Origin: the human T2T-CHM13v2.0 reference genome, Homo sapiens
DNA length: 64,000 nt
Direction: 5' to 3' (one strand)
Assembly (NCBI RefSeq): GCF_009914755.1
Contig: NC_060945.1
The position numbers were made by a program, and so were the translations under genes. Under the pieces are notes generated by a model. The model saw nothing but the letters and a program-made list of their open reading frames with translations, was not told the DNA's origin and searched no databases. Positions 15,740-28,127 of this stretch are shown piece by piece (positions within the stretch are counted from its first letter, which is position 1; each line of letters opens with the position of its first letter).

Positions 15740-16560
15740 AGGTGTAGAGAACCGGCGGTTGGCATTCCTTCCAGCCATGCTCTTGCATGTCTTCCAAACT
15801 GCAGATGCTGGAAAGCTGAGAACCACATTTCTCAGATTCCCTTGAATCAAAGGGAAGGAGACAGTTTGATCTTCACCCATGTTGTGTGTATCAATAGTTT
15901 AATTGCTTTTTAATGAGCAGTATTCCATTGCACAGATATTGGAGTCAAACTGGCTTCTTCAAACTGTATACCTTCATGTAAGATTTGAAAGGAGAAGCAA
16001 ACAGGGGCAGAAGTGGAGGCCATCATCCCATGAACTGGAAGGCAGCAGGGATCTCCTGCAGTTCCTCTCCCATACCAATGGCCAGGGCAGCTGGACCCCT
16101 GGCAAGGCCAAATCACCATCCCAGTGTCCAGTTCCCAGCCTCATGCCTGCTGAGGGGCAGTAAGAGCAGCAGCAGCTACAGAGAGAAGCTACAAGTCTAG
16201 TTTGTTTTGTTTTGTTTTTTTAACCAGGAACCTTTTGGGGCATGCATAATAGTTGACAGTATTATATAGTGAATACACATATATCTATCACCCAGATTCT
16301 ACAATTGTTAACATCGTGTTAGATTTGCTGTATCATGTATCCACCATATATTCATCCATTACTCAGTCTTATTTTCTGATTCATTGATGGTTTGTATTTT
16401 AACTCAGCAATTCCACTGGTGGCCTCCCGCTCCCAATCCTGCCCAAGGTAGTGGCTTCTCTAGAGGACCAGTGCCCAGACTTGTTCTTGGAGTCTTCCTG
16501 GGAGCCAGCCAGGCCTTCCAATGATTGTGTAGGTTCCTCATTCATCATCCCTGCTACGGT
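15740..16560 (+). mobile_element. LTR33-like ERVL LTR, interrupted
   Basis: gatgctggaaagctgagaaccacatttctcagattccctt motif; interrupted by a 73-bp copied segment and an L1 fragment (~16200-16390). Confidence 0.55.
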
Positions 16561-17559
16561 TTGTTATACTACAATGCATCTTTCAAAGGCTCCAAGATAG
16601 TTCATGTAGAATTAGGAGTTAGGAGGTGATGTCCCTTTAACATGACAAGTGTGTTGTGTTGGTTCATACATGTTTCTTAGCAAGAGAAGCAGGAAAAGAC
16701 GAATCTTCAGCTTGGCTACAAAATACTTCCTAGTTCTGTCCCAGGAAAATTAAACATGATCACCTACAGCAGAGGTGCCCCCAAACTTGAAGGCTCTTGC
16801 AAGGGGCTGGTTGCTCTTTCTCTTGTGCTAAGAGCTTCCATCTGCATTTCCTCAATCCACAAGACAGCATTTTGCTTTTTTTTAATTTTTCATTTTTAAC
16901 ATTCTTGAGGCTAAGTCCAGTCATCACATTTCATGCCTCCATTACCGAACTGTCCCCAAAGTTACAAGCATCATGTTTACCAATACTGTGGGTGCAAAGT
17001 GATGTAGGTTTTGGTGGTGTGCACTGAACCTGTATAACTGTGTTAATAATTTTGAAGAGCACAAGGTTTTTCAGGTATATATATATATATATATATAATG
17101 TTATAGAAGAAATAACTGTATTAAATCAATTTCTGGTTAAAACAGCTAAAGTAACTCTGCCACCTGCAATTGAAATCCGACTGATACAGAAATAAAGTCA
17201 AGCATCCCGCCCTACCCGAGATCCCAGCTCTATCCCAGTTAATAACCATCAAAGACAGATTTTTGGATCCTTTCACCTAAGAGACTATATTGCAGATGCC
17301 TCTCTATACTGGGCCGCACTTATCCACATTAGCTGAGCAGTCACTCCAACACCAGGGCAAGTAGTTCTCCCTCATTATCTGGGGTTTGCTGTAATTTCTT
17401 TAAACAACCTTCCTCCTCCTTTCACCTATGGACACTTAGGATGTTTCAACCATTCATCACGAGGAATGGTACAGTCGGCATCTTTCAAGATACTACTTTA
17501 CCTAAGAGACTGAACATGGGTTCAGGGTGCTTCCTGAGAGAGTGCATGCACATGGTTTG

Positions 17560-18670
17560 CTGTTGTCCCACAAAAGGGATGTTCTATCACACTCTCATTG
17601 AGCTGATGGACATACAAGTACCATCACCAGCCAATTTTAAATTCATTTTTGTCATTGGCCACTTGACGGATTAGAAAAAATGGCATCTTGTCTTAATTTG
17701 AGTTTCTTAATATTGAGAAGGGTTGAAGAGTTTTTTGTTTATTAGCCATTTACCTTTTTCCCCCTATGGATTGCTTGCTTTTTTATTTTAAATTGATCTG
17801 TAAATATTTTATATGTCAATGAAATTCACTCTTTGTCCAATGTATTTGAAAATGTTTGGGCTCACCATTTGCCTTTTGATTTTACTTATTTTTTTTGTCA
17901 TGCAGAAATTTTCAACTTTTTAGTAACTAAAATCACCAATCTTTCCTGTTATTTTACCTCTGATTATTATGTCATGTTTACAAACTTCTCACCCTTTCCA
18001 AAAATACATACAGTCTTTCCCTCAGTATTCTTGAGGGCTTTGGTCCAGGACCTCCCACAGACACCAAAATAGTGGATGCCCAAGTCCCTGATAGAAAAAA
18101 TTGCATAGTATCTGCATATGACCTATGCAATCCTCCTGTACACTTTAAATTATTCCTACATTATTTATAATACCTCATACAATGTAAATGCCATGTAAAT
18201 TGTTGTTACACTGTATTGTTTAGGGAACAATGACAAGAAAAATGTCTGTACTTGTTCAGACACACGCAGTTTTTTTTTCCCAGACATTTTTGATCCAAGG
18301 TTGGTTGAATCCACATGTGCAAAACCCATAGACACGGAGGGCTGACTGTATATATAATTATTTATTTGCTAGTAATATAATGTTTTTTATGGTTAACTCT
18401 TTGGTCCACCTGAAATTGTTTTGGTATTGAGAGTGGGGTTTTTAATCCACATGGGTAGTAAGTTGGATCGACATAATTTATTGAATTATCTTTAATTTAT
18501 TTGTGAATGAATGGGCTCCCTATGAATTTTTAGCTATTTCTGGAACATTCTGTTCGATCCATATGTCTGCTGTTACTCCAGGTCCAAATCTTTTGATAGT
18601 GTAGGTAATATAAGAAAACATTCAATATATGGTATAAATTGGCTCCCCTCTTAATACTCTCCTCAAATGT
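17560..18670 (-). mobile_element. Old L1 (L1ME-like), interrupted by MER2
   Basis: T-rich antisense L1 ORF2 remnants (tggcatcttgtcttaatttg...ttttactt...tgcagaaattttcaactttt). Confidence 0.6.
18011..18348. mobile_element. MER2 (Tigger-derived MITE)
   Basis: TIRs cagtctttccctc / gagggctgactg with flanking TA dinucleotides; typical internal sequence. Confidence 0.85.
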
Positions 18671-18739
18671 CATATTTTTTAGAACCTGTGGTCAGAAGCC
18701 AGAAGCAGGCACTTCTAAGGAGGAGCAAAAAGAGCAGGA

Positions 18740-19786
18740 ATTTATTCTGAGCAGGGTGACCAAATATACATATTCAATAAGCTACAGGATGAGACATGAA
18801 TATTTATGAGAAGAGATACACATGCATGTGCAATTGAGCTTCCTGCCTCTCCGTGTGACCCATGTACAAAAAATGGTGGTACTAGCATGATCCGAGGGTG
18901 GAATTTCCAGTCCTTTGAAGTCTAAACATGAAGCAGAGGACATGCAAACCCTTACTGCACATTCTTTATAGATTATCCAGCATCATTTCATGGTTGGTGA
19001 TCTCTTATCAGGCAAAAGGGAAGGAGCATTGCAGCTGCTTGATGTCAGTGGTGGAGTCTTTTGAAAGGGCTTGTTTCTGTTTAGCCCTTAGGGAAGGAAG
19101 CCTAATTTTGGTGAGTGAGGGAGGGGGCTGTATTAGTCAGAGTTCTCTAGAGGGACAGAACTAATAGGATAGATGTATACATAAAGGGGAGTTTACTAAG
19201 GAGTATTGACTCACACGATCACAAGGTGAGGTCCCACAATAAGTTGTCTGCAAGCTGAGGAGCAAGGAAGCCTGTCTGTCCCAAAATCTCAAAAGTAGGG
19301 AAGCCGACAGTGCAGCCTTCAGTCTGTGATTGAAGGTCCAAGGGTCCCAACGTTGAAGAACTTGGAGTCAGATGTTCAAGGGCAGGAAGCATCCAGCATG
19401 GCAGAAAGATGAAGGCAGGAAGACTCAGCCAGTCTTGTCCTTCCATGTTTTCCTGCCTGCTTTTATCCTGGCTGCGCTGGCAGCTGATTAGATGGTGCCC
19501 ACCCAGATTGAGGGTCTGGGTCTGCTTTTCCCAGTCCACTGACTCAAATATTAGTCTCCTTTGGCAACACCCTCACAGACACACCCAGGATCAATACTTT
19601 ACATCCTTTAATCCAATCAAGTTGACACTCAATATTAACCATCATAGAGGTATAATGAGGCATGTCCAACCTCCCATCCCCTCGTGGATGAGAACTCAGT
19701 TTTCAAGGTTACTCTGGAGCCCTCTTAGCCAAGAGAATATCCATTCAATCAGTTGAGGGGACTTCAAATTTTATTTTTGGTTTATA
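18740..19786 (-). mobile_element. MER4-group ERV1 LTR (MER49/MER57-like) split by MLT2A
   Basis: Contiguous across the MLT2A (...gtgagggagggggc | gaggtataatgaggcatgtcc...); ends ttttatttttggtttata. Confidence 0.65.
19129..19646 (-). mobile_element. MLT2A1/MLT2A2 (HERVL) solo LTR
   Basis: tgtattagtcagagttctctagagggacagaactaatagga ... caatcaagttgacactcaatattaaccatca; degenerate TSD ggggc/gaggt. Confidence 0.9.
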
Positions 19787-21039
19787 GGTGGAAGACTCAG
19801 AGCCCATCAGGAAAGCACGAAGAAAGCAAACTAAAAAAGAGAAGGTGGTGGACACTTGGAATAATAAAAAAACAATCTTCTTAGAATTGTGTTTCCTTAA
19901 ACTTTGGGAAAGTTAAAAAAACAACTCTCTGCTTTCAAACACTAACTTGGGAGAAACAAAGTCTGACTGTCTGCTGGTGACGGATTATCAACACCAAGTG
20001 CAGTAAACCTCATTAATTTTCCCTAATTGGGCAGAAAGTTTTGGAAAAGTCTGAAGTACAGAAACAAATTCAACTTAATTTCAAGTTCATATGGTAACAA
20101 GGATGACAGGGCCTCAGGAAGGGAGAGAGCAGAATGTCTCAGAGAATTTTTTAAGGGTTTCAATAATAGATATTTTTAAGTCATTAGGAATTAGAACACT
20201 CCCTGATTCACAGAAGCATTTAAATACAAAATGGTTTTACATGTGTTTAGAAACCTTTGTTGGCCTCCAACCTTAAGAAGACTAAATATTTCCCTTGTTT
20301 ATACTTTTAATTTGCTTGGCAAACCCTTCCCCCGCTTCAAGCCCTAATATATAAATGCACTTCACCAGCATTTTAAATTTATCCCCGATTCTGAATTAGT
20401 GGACTTCTCACTGGCCAAGATTGCATGTTTTTTTTCCCTCAAAATCCTCAATACTTTTATGCTCCCAGGAAATGTACCTGTCAATATGTCATGTGCATTC
20501 TCTCATTTTCTTAAAAGCAGGAACTAAGTTTCATTTTTCACCCTGGATTCTAAAGCAGTTGGAGAGCTTGAAAGTGAAGGGACTGTCAGAGAGGGAGCAA
20601 ATACATCTAACCATGGTGAAAAGGTGATGAAAGACTTGTGCCTACATTTCCTCAATTTGTTCTTAAAATAATTGTTGACACACTCTGATTGAGGACCAAC
20701 TCTTGATTTTCCAAGGCTTAGGTCACGGAGATTGGGAACAAAAGACACAGTTATTTTAAAACACAAATGTGAGCAATTAGTTCCCATTTTTTGCTCTTAA
20801 TATTTTCACAGATATTAATAAGTAGCTAAGTTGACTTCTTTGAATTCGGTATTTTGCTCCTTCCCCCTGCCCACTCTCTTACAGGTATGCAGTTGGACAG
20901 TGAGCTAGTTAAGAGGAATGACATGAAGAAAATTTGAAAATATCACCCAGGCTATGTAAGGTCTATGGGCATTTCTGATAGACCAAACAAATCAACAGTG
21001 GATTTAAAGGGGAAAAAGATATGTGTGATATTGGGAGGG

Positions 21040-21503
21040 TATCTTAGTTTGTTCTCACACTGCTATAAAGAAATATCTGAGACTGGGTAATTTATAAAGA
21101 AAAGAGGTTTAACTGGCTAATGGTTCTGCCGGCTGTACAGGAATCATAGAAGCTTCTGATTCTTGGGAGGCCTCAGGAAACTTACAACAATGGTGGAAGC
21201 CACAGGGGAAACAAGGTACTTTGCATGGCCAAAGGAGGAAGAAGAGAGAGAAGGCAGAGGTGCTACACACTTTTAAACCACAGGATCTCATAATTCCCGC
21301 ACTCACTATCACGAGAATAGCACCTAGAAGATTGTGCTAAACCATGAGAAACTGCTCCCACGATCCGATCACCTCCCACCAGGCCCCACCTCCAGCACTG
21401 GGGATTACAATTTGACATAGGAGTTGGGCAGGGACACAAATGCAAACCATATCATTCCATCCCTGGCCCCTCCCAAATGTCATGTCCTTCTCTTACTGCA
21501 ACA
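21040..21503 (-). mobile_element. MSTA/MSTB LTR plus ~50 bp of internal sequence
   Basis: MST LTR 21040-21453, then ttccatccctggcccctcccaaatgtcatgtccttctc (internal, polypurine tract on -); gaggg flanks both ends. Confidence 0.85.
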
Positions 21504-21529
21504 GAGGGGAGGAGACTAAAACTGGGGAG

Positions 21530-21809
21530 TGTGGCAGATAGCATCAGTGTTACAACAGTGTCCCCACGCACTCACGGTCCATATCACAGTCAGACGCGAT
21601 ACTCTTTACCTGCTATATAAACACAGACAACTCCCAACCTCCTCCCTCATGGAATTCACCCTTACAGTGTACCACTGGGAGGCTGGAGGTGCTGGAAAGT
21701 TAATGTCCCTGGAGCAGCTCTCAGCCCAGAATGAGTGGGAGTTGGAGGACAAATACTCAGCTTTTCTCCCCTTAGGGCAGGACAGCTCTGAAAGCATATT
21801 CTACCCTAT
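21530..21809 (+). mobile_element. LTR16-like fragment
   Basis: ctcagcccagaatgagtgggagttggaggacaaatactcagc...ggacagctctga motif. Confidence 0.6.
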
Positions 21810-22225
21810 TGTTCAATGACACATCTTGCAAATGAGTCACTGACCAGCCTTTGTTCTGGACTACCTTGTCAAGGATGTCTGTATAGAAAAACAGCTTTGG
21901 AACATAGAGATAATACCTCCCTCTGGAATGAAGAGCAGGCATGCTTACTGCCCATTATATGAGACTTGGGTTCCCTAAGTACAAAGTTCCCACCCACTGA
22001 TTGTGTAAGCAAAATCTAGGCCCCATTGTACCATGACCATGGGACTAGGGGGGCAAGGAGAACCAACACAGTAATGCTCATGCTGCCTGTTGCGCTGAAA
22101 GGAATAGAGGCCTTTGTCTCTGATATAATGGTCTCACACCATCTGCCAGCATCCATGGCATGTGGCAGGCCAACTCATTAGCTTCTAAGTATGGGGAAGA
22201 TCTCAGATCCATCACAGTTCTTAAC
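21810..22225 (+). mobile_element. ERV LTR, family uncertain
   Basis: LTR-like (gagataatacctccctctgga...gcttactgcccattata...tctcagatccatcacagttctt). Confidence 0.5.
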
Positions 22226-24299
22226 TAAACTCATTGACCTCACATCATGGAAAGCAGCCAATTGCAGGATGAAATTTTAATTTGGCTTACATTAAAAAAA
22301 TAATTTTCTAAGAAAGTTTATTTTAAAACTTTATTATATTGCTCAGATAGGATCAGAATTAAAATGGAATATTTTGAGAAATGGATCTCCTGTGTTTTTG
22401 TAGCCACAAAATTTGAAGTTGAACCACTCAAGTACCCAGCAAGTGGCAGACATACCATGAGCAATAGAGTTAATACAATGATTATCTCAGATTGTGTTGT
22501 TGTTTAAAGATTCAGGAGACAAGTCCAGCTCCCCTTCCTGAGAATGAATGCAGCCTACAGGAATGAGGAACTGTGAACTTCCGGGGTATATAGTAATGGG
22601 TATATACACAGTGTACATAATAACAGCCAAATACAATGAGTTCATAACTTTTGCTTCTCACTTGTGACCCTATAGGTCAATATTTATATTTTATTTGTTT
22701 ATGAATTTATTTATTACAGCATAAAAAAGTCTATCTTATTAAGCATATGCCTTAAAATGATGAATGAAGGAAAAACATAATTAATGATGGAAAAGAGAAA
22801 AGTTGTTGAGACACGTAATCTTTTGCAAGTTGAACGGGAAGAGCAAACACACGTCTGGCACTGGGATTGGCGATGGGCTTCAAGTCCGAAGCATTTTCAT
22901 ACTTATTCATAGGTGACCAGACCATGTGCAGAACAGAAAGACGAAGCATTAGGAGGTTCATCATCTCTGCAGCCCCATGGAAAGCGGTTACCTCTATTTC
23001 ACAGATCATTGAAAACAAATCAGATCCCAGTATGGCTTAAGAACCTTGGTTTTGCTTTCACTAAAATTTCTCATACATGGTAATAAAAAGTATTTCAGAA
23101 AAAGCTCTTTCTAGACTACCTATAAAAAAGGGCTTATTTTACTACCACTGGTGCTCTCTACACTTAAAAGTTTCCCAATCACATAAGGCACAAAGTTAGG
23201 ACAACATTGAAAAAGATAGTTATGTAAGCTTCACTGCGGGCAAAATAAACTTCACTTCGGGCACAATAAGCTTCACTTCAAATCAGAGACGGAAGAAAGA
23301 CCCAAAGCCAGGGAAATAATTTCACCCTTGCTTAATATGCTTTTCAGATTAATCTCAGAATGACACCAAAAGGCCAAGATAAGAAATGCAGGCAGTGAAT
23401 ACAAGCAAAGAGCATTTAATATTAGAAGCTTACATATTGCGTAAGTGATAAAATAGTATGTATTAACAATGTTCTCAATCACCTTAATTTTTCATCATTT
23501 TGCTTGTTTGTTTAAGAACTTTCAGTTTCAAACAGAAATAAAATTAGTTTTCTCCCTTGAAAATAGGATATTCATTGCCTGGCCTGATTTTGACATCAAT
23601 GTTGTAAGTAATTTGGACAACAAACATCCTCAAACACACAGTCGCTTACTAAGTACCTGTGCCACACCAGACATTGTGCTCGATGTTAGGAATTCAAAGA
23701 GGAATAAACAGGGCCTATGCCCGTGAGAGCCTGAATTCTGATAGAGACATTTTTTCCCAAGATAAAAAAAAATGAATACGTGACTTAGTTTTTTTTTTTT
23801 AATAGGCTCTGAAAATTGGATTTTTTTCCCAAATTTTCTGCAAAATGGAAACCCAGGGAAAAATGAAGACAAGGTTTTATTCAGCAGGTTAATTACATCT
23901 TATAACTATGGTAGGAGCTTCCAATTTCCCTACTGGGGTTGGTAGAAAATACACATCAAAATCTCTTACGTCCATGTATGTTCTTTAGGTTACCTCTCAC
24001 TTTAGTTACTTGGTTTCTTGAAAATCCTTCAACCAGAACAATGAAATGGTCTTAAGTCTGTGTTTGATTGGGCCTTGATGGGGCAATGGAGCCCAAGGCC
24101 AAGAGCATCTGCAAAAAAGTGAAAAATGGGATCCTCATAGCCCAGCCTAGATCCCAAAGACAGAAGATCAGCTGTGGATTGAGGACCAAGCCTCCACTGA
24201 TAATACAGCAGGTTCCTTGGCCCATCCTGTCCTTAACACTAAAGACAGAGTGTGAAGAACCAAATAACGTTGCAGGTATATTCCACAAACTGTTCTCTT

Positions 24300-25530
24300 T
24301 CACACAAATTATTCCAGGGAAAGCTCCCTACCTCAATTTATGACACTGATATAACCTAGGAACCAAAACAAGGACATTAAAAGAAAAATTTACTATAGGC
24401 TAATAATCAATCTATCTTATGACTAGAAATGCAAAAATCCTAAATAAAATATTGGTAACCTAAATCCATAAGACTTAAATAAATACATGATGGCCATGTA
24501 TGATTTATCTCAGCAATACAGGATTAGGTTAACATTAGAAAAATCTCCAAATATAATTCACAGCCCATTACAGGAGAAAAGCTATATGATCACCACAATA
24601 GATGCAAAAAAAGCACAAAGGCAAAATTCAACGTCTTGCATGGTAACAAAACAAGTATCCTAAACAAGTTAAGAATGGAAAGATTTCACTTAATATGATG
24701 GATGGAATCTATCCAAATTATACAAAATAGTCAAGAATTAGAAGCATTCTCCTAAAGGCAACAAAGCAAGTCAGGAACAAAACGAGAATGCCTACTCTAG
24801 CTTCTTCTATTTAACATTGTACCAGAAGGTCAAGATGAGAAGATCACTTGAGCTCATCGGTTCAAGACCAGACTGGGTAATATAGGGAGACTTCATCTCT
24901 ATTAAAAAAAATAAAACTAAATGACATTGTTCCAGAGATCCTAGCCAGCATGACATGGCATGGCAAAAAAATAATTGATATAATCATCAGAAAGGAAGAA
25001 ATAAAATTGTCATTATTTGTAGGCTATATGATTATTTACTTAGAAAATTCAAGAGAACCTACAACTTATTAGAGCAAAGAAATAGAGGTAAAGGAATAGC
25101 TCAGATGAACTGATTAGAGAGATTAACAACAGACCAACATATGCATGTGCATTTCACATATGGCAGAAGGTCATATAAACCAGTGGGGAAAGAATGAACT
25201 ATTCAAAAAATGGTTCTGGGTTGACTGACTATCCATTTGGAAAAAAACAACTTTCTTTCATTCCAGTTACAAAAAAATAAATTCCAGATGAATTTGAAAA
25301 GGTTTTCTAAATTTAACATTTATGGAAGAAAAATAGAGATTTGTTTTAGAACTCCAAGGCAGAGAAGCATTTCTAAACCAAGGCACAGAAATGACACATA
25401 ACAAAGAAAAGAGTGATACACTTTTTTGCTATATTAAAATTTGAAATCTCTGTGTGGCACCATAAACAGAGTGAAATCTAGAAGCCAAATACTGGAGAAG
25501 ACGTGAGCAACACAAATAGCTACAAAAGAG
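24300..25530 (+). mobile_element. Old L1 ORF2 remnant (L1M)
   Basis: A-rich L1 ORF2 motifs (aatgcaaaaatcctaaataaaatatt, atagatgcaaaaaaagca, aaggaagaaataaaattgtcattattt). Confidence 0.75.
24827..24920 (+). mobile_element. Truncated Alu monomer (FLAM/AluJ) inside L1
   Basis: gatcacttgagctc...gttcaagaccagactggg...A tail; TSD acattgtaccaga (24814-24826) / acattgttccaga (24924-24936). Confidence 0.75.
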
Positions 25531-25567
25531 ACTTTCTCTTAGGTCTTCTTGGTCAGAAATAGGTCTG

Positions 25568-25873
25568 GGGAAGCAAGGAATAGGGAGAGATTTGTTGAAG
25601 GACACAAAATTATGGCTAGATAGGAGAAATAAGTTCTAGTGTTCTATACCCCTGTAGGATGACTATTGTTGACAATAATATACAGTTTCAAATAACTAGA
25701 AGGAGGATATTGAATGTTACCAACACAAAGAAATGATAACTGTTTGAGATGATGGATATGCTAATTACCCTGATCTGATGATTATATATTATATGCATTG
25801 AAACATCACCATGTGCCTCATGGATATGTACAATTATTATTTGTCAATTAAAAAATAAAATAAAATAAAATAA
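25568..25873 (+). mobile_element. L1MA-type 3' end
   Basis: tagataggagaaataagttctagtgttct...gagatgatggatatgctaattaccctgat...(taaaa)n tail. Confidence 0.85.
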
Positions 25874-26229
25874 ATGAGTCTGATGACCATCAATCACTGT
25901 TCATCCACAATGAGGAAGACCTGTCTTCCTTTCTTAGCACATTGTCTCTTCACACTTTAACTAAATTGGGTCACTTTTCACAAAAATGAAAGGAGAAAAG
26001 TGTTGGCTAAATAAACAATCTACAGCATCTGGCAAAGGCAGTTCATGGGCAATTGACAAAACAGCAAACCAGAATGGCTGATAAACAAATGAAAGTTGTG
26101 AACTTCACTAGTAGTTGGAAGAATATAATTTAAGAGAGAGAGGGGTCACCATACAACCAGCATACTGAAGCATTCTAAATCATCTAATAACACCAACTTA
26201 TTGGGGTTTTATGAAGCCCATCTCTGCTT

Positions 26230-26700
26230 GCCTGTCTTACAAGCCTCTGAAATTCAATGTGTTCAAAAGCGAACCACTTCCTCCAAACCCTTTCTTCTTC
26301 TCAATCCAGTAAATGCTACCACCAAGAACTCAAGGGAAAGACTTGAGTCATCCTTACAACTGTCATAGCCTCAACCCTCTTATCCAGTCATCCTGACAAT
26401 ATCTGTAAACCCTCTGGGTCTGACTCCACACCTCTAGAATCCATCTCCACTGCCTGGGAGATGTCATCATCATTTCCTGCATGGATAACCTTTACATCCA
26501 CTTAACCAGTCTTTCTTCCTCCTTATCTCACTGCCTGCCAACCATTATTCAGTGAGCAGTGCGACTGACTCTTCCACAATTAAAAACATTCTATAGTCTT
26601 TGCTATAAAGATCAAGTTGAAATCCCAAATGGGATGGCCCTTAACAATTCGCCTGTTCCTCTTACAGCCTCATCTACAGTTTCCCCTGTATTTCCCATTC
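26230..26700 (+). mobile_element. L2 remnant
   Basis: Pyrimidine-rich degenerate L2 (aattcaatgtgttcaaaagcgaac, tgagtcatcctt, ccatctccactgcc). Confidence 0.5.
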
Positions 26701-27145
26701 TTATTGTGTTACTTTTCCCTAAGTATAATACACTCATTAGAGTTATTTCAGTGAGGATCTAGTAGCAGTAAATTCATCTAATATTTGTTTGAAATCTTCT
26801 CTTATTTTGCTTTCATTCTGGAATGATTGTTTATTCCAGGATAATGGTTATTTAAGCAACAGGAGTTTAATGGCCTCCTTCTAACTTTTGTCTGAGATTA
26901 TCCTCACTTATTAAACAAAGTCTACTTCACAAAAGAGATTCACTACTCTAATTACCTTCTTTCCTTTGTTTATTTCTGACCACAATGATGCTCCTGCAAG
27001 AAACCCAGCAATGGGGACAACACTCATGTCTATCCAGCTTTGCAGGGTAATGCAAGCTCAAAAATATTCATGTACCATGTCATCATTTAAGGCAAAGTCA
27101 GACTGTTATGCTTAGCTTCCTATGATTTAAAAAAAATCTGTAAGT

Positions 27146-27280
27146 GATAAATGTTTGAGATGATGGATATGCCACTTACTCTGATCTGATTACATACAGT
27201 ATATATATCAAAACATCACTATGTACCCCATGAATATGCATAATTTATTATTTGTCAATTTAAAAATAAAATTTTAAAAA
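27146..27280 (+). mobile_element. Short 5'-truncated L1MA 3' end
   Basis: L1MA terminus with its own TSD (aaaa..ctgtaagt at 27138-27145 and 27281-27288). Confidence 0.8.
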
Positions 27281-27502
27281 CTGTAAGTTAAATCATGATT
27301 TTAAACTTTCTATTTTAGTCCTACATGTAAAAGCCAGACATGAGACTCAATGTTCAGAACACTGAGACTAACTTATTTTGTAAAATAGATCATTTCCTAT
27401 CAGCTGGCAAGTTTAGATAAATGCATGTTATTAATTAGATTACTTGTACCCTCACATTGGCATAAATGAGTAACATGTATTCATTTCTAAAACACTAATA
27501 TT

Positions 27503-27562
27503 TGTGTTTACACAAATATTACACCAAAAATATGTGTTTACACAAATATTACACCAAAAATA
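27503..27562. repeat. Perfect 30-bp tandem duplication within nested palindromes
   Basis: tgtgtttacacaaatattacaccaaaaata x2. Confidence 0.9.
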
Positions 27563-27767
27563 TTTGTGTAATACATTTATTGATTTATAGCAAAGATACA
27601 GGTTAAAGTTGTTTTGAGTTTTATTGCATCACAAAACTATTAAGTTAATGCTCAGAAGAGAAAGACATGTTTTGAGAAAATAGAAAAGATTCCAGGAGTC
27701 TATTGGCCAAAAGGAAAACATGCCAAGGAGTGACATACACATACAGCCACATGCCTCTAAGAGTGTG

Positions 27768-28127
27768 TGATATGGTTTGACTGTGTCCCCACCCAAATCT
27801 CATCTTGAAATGTAGTTCCCATAATCCCCACGTCATGGGAGGGACCCAGTGGGAGGTAATTGAATCATGGGGGCAGTTATTCCCATCTTGTTCTCATGAT
27901 AGTGAGTGATGGTTTTATAAGGGGCTTCCCCAGTCACCTGGTTCTCACTCTTCTCCTTACTGCGGCAATGTGAAGAAAGACCTGTTTGCTTCCCCTTCTG
28001 CCATGATTATAAGTTTCCTGAGGCCTCCCCAGCCATGCTGAACTCTGAGTTAATTAAACCTCTTTGCGTTATAAATAACCCAGTCTTGGGTACATCTTTA
28101 TTAGCAATGTGAGAATGGACTAATACA
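27768..28127 (+). mobile_element. THE1 (B/C-like) solo LTR
   Basis: tgatatggtttgactgtgtccccacccaaatctcatcttga...ggactaataca; TSD gtgtg/gtgta. Confidence 0.92.

Noticed and set aside
25732-27280. Two similar L1MA 3' ends 1.4 kb apart as a local duplication
   Set aside because: Each has its own tail and apparent TSD, consistent with independent insertions.
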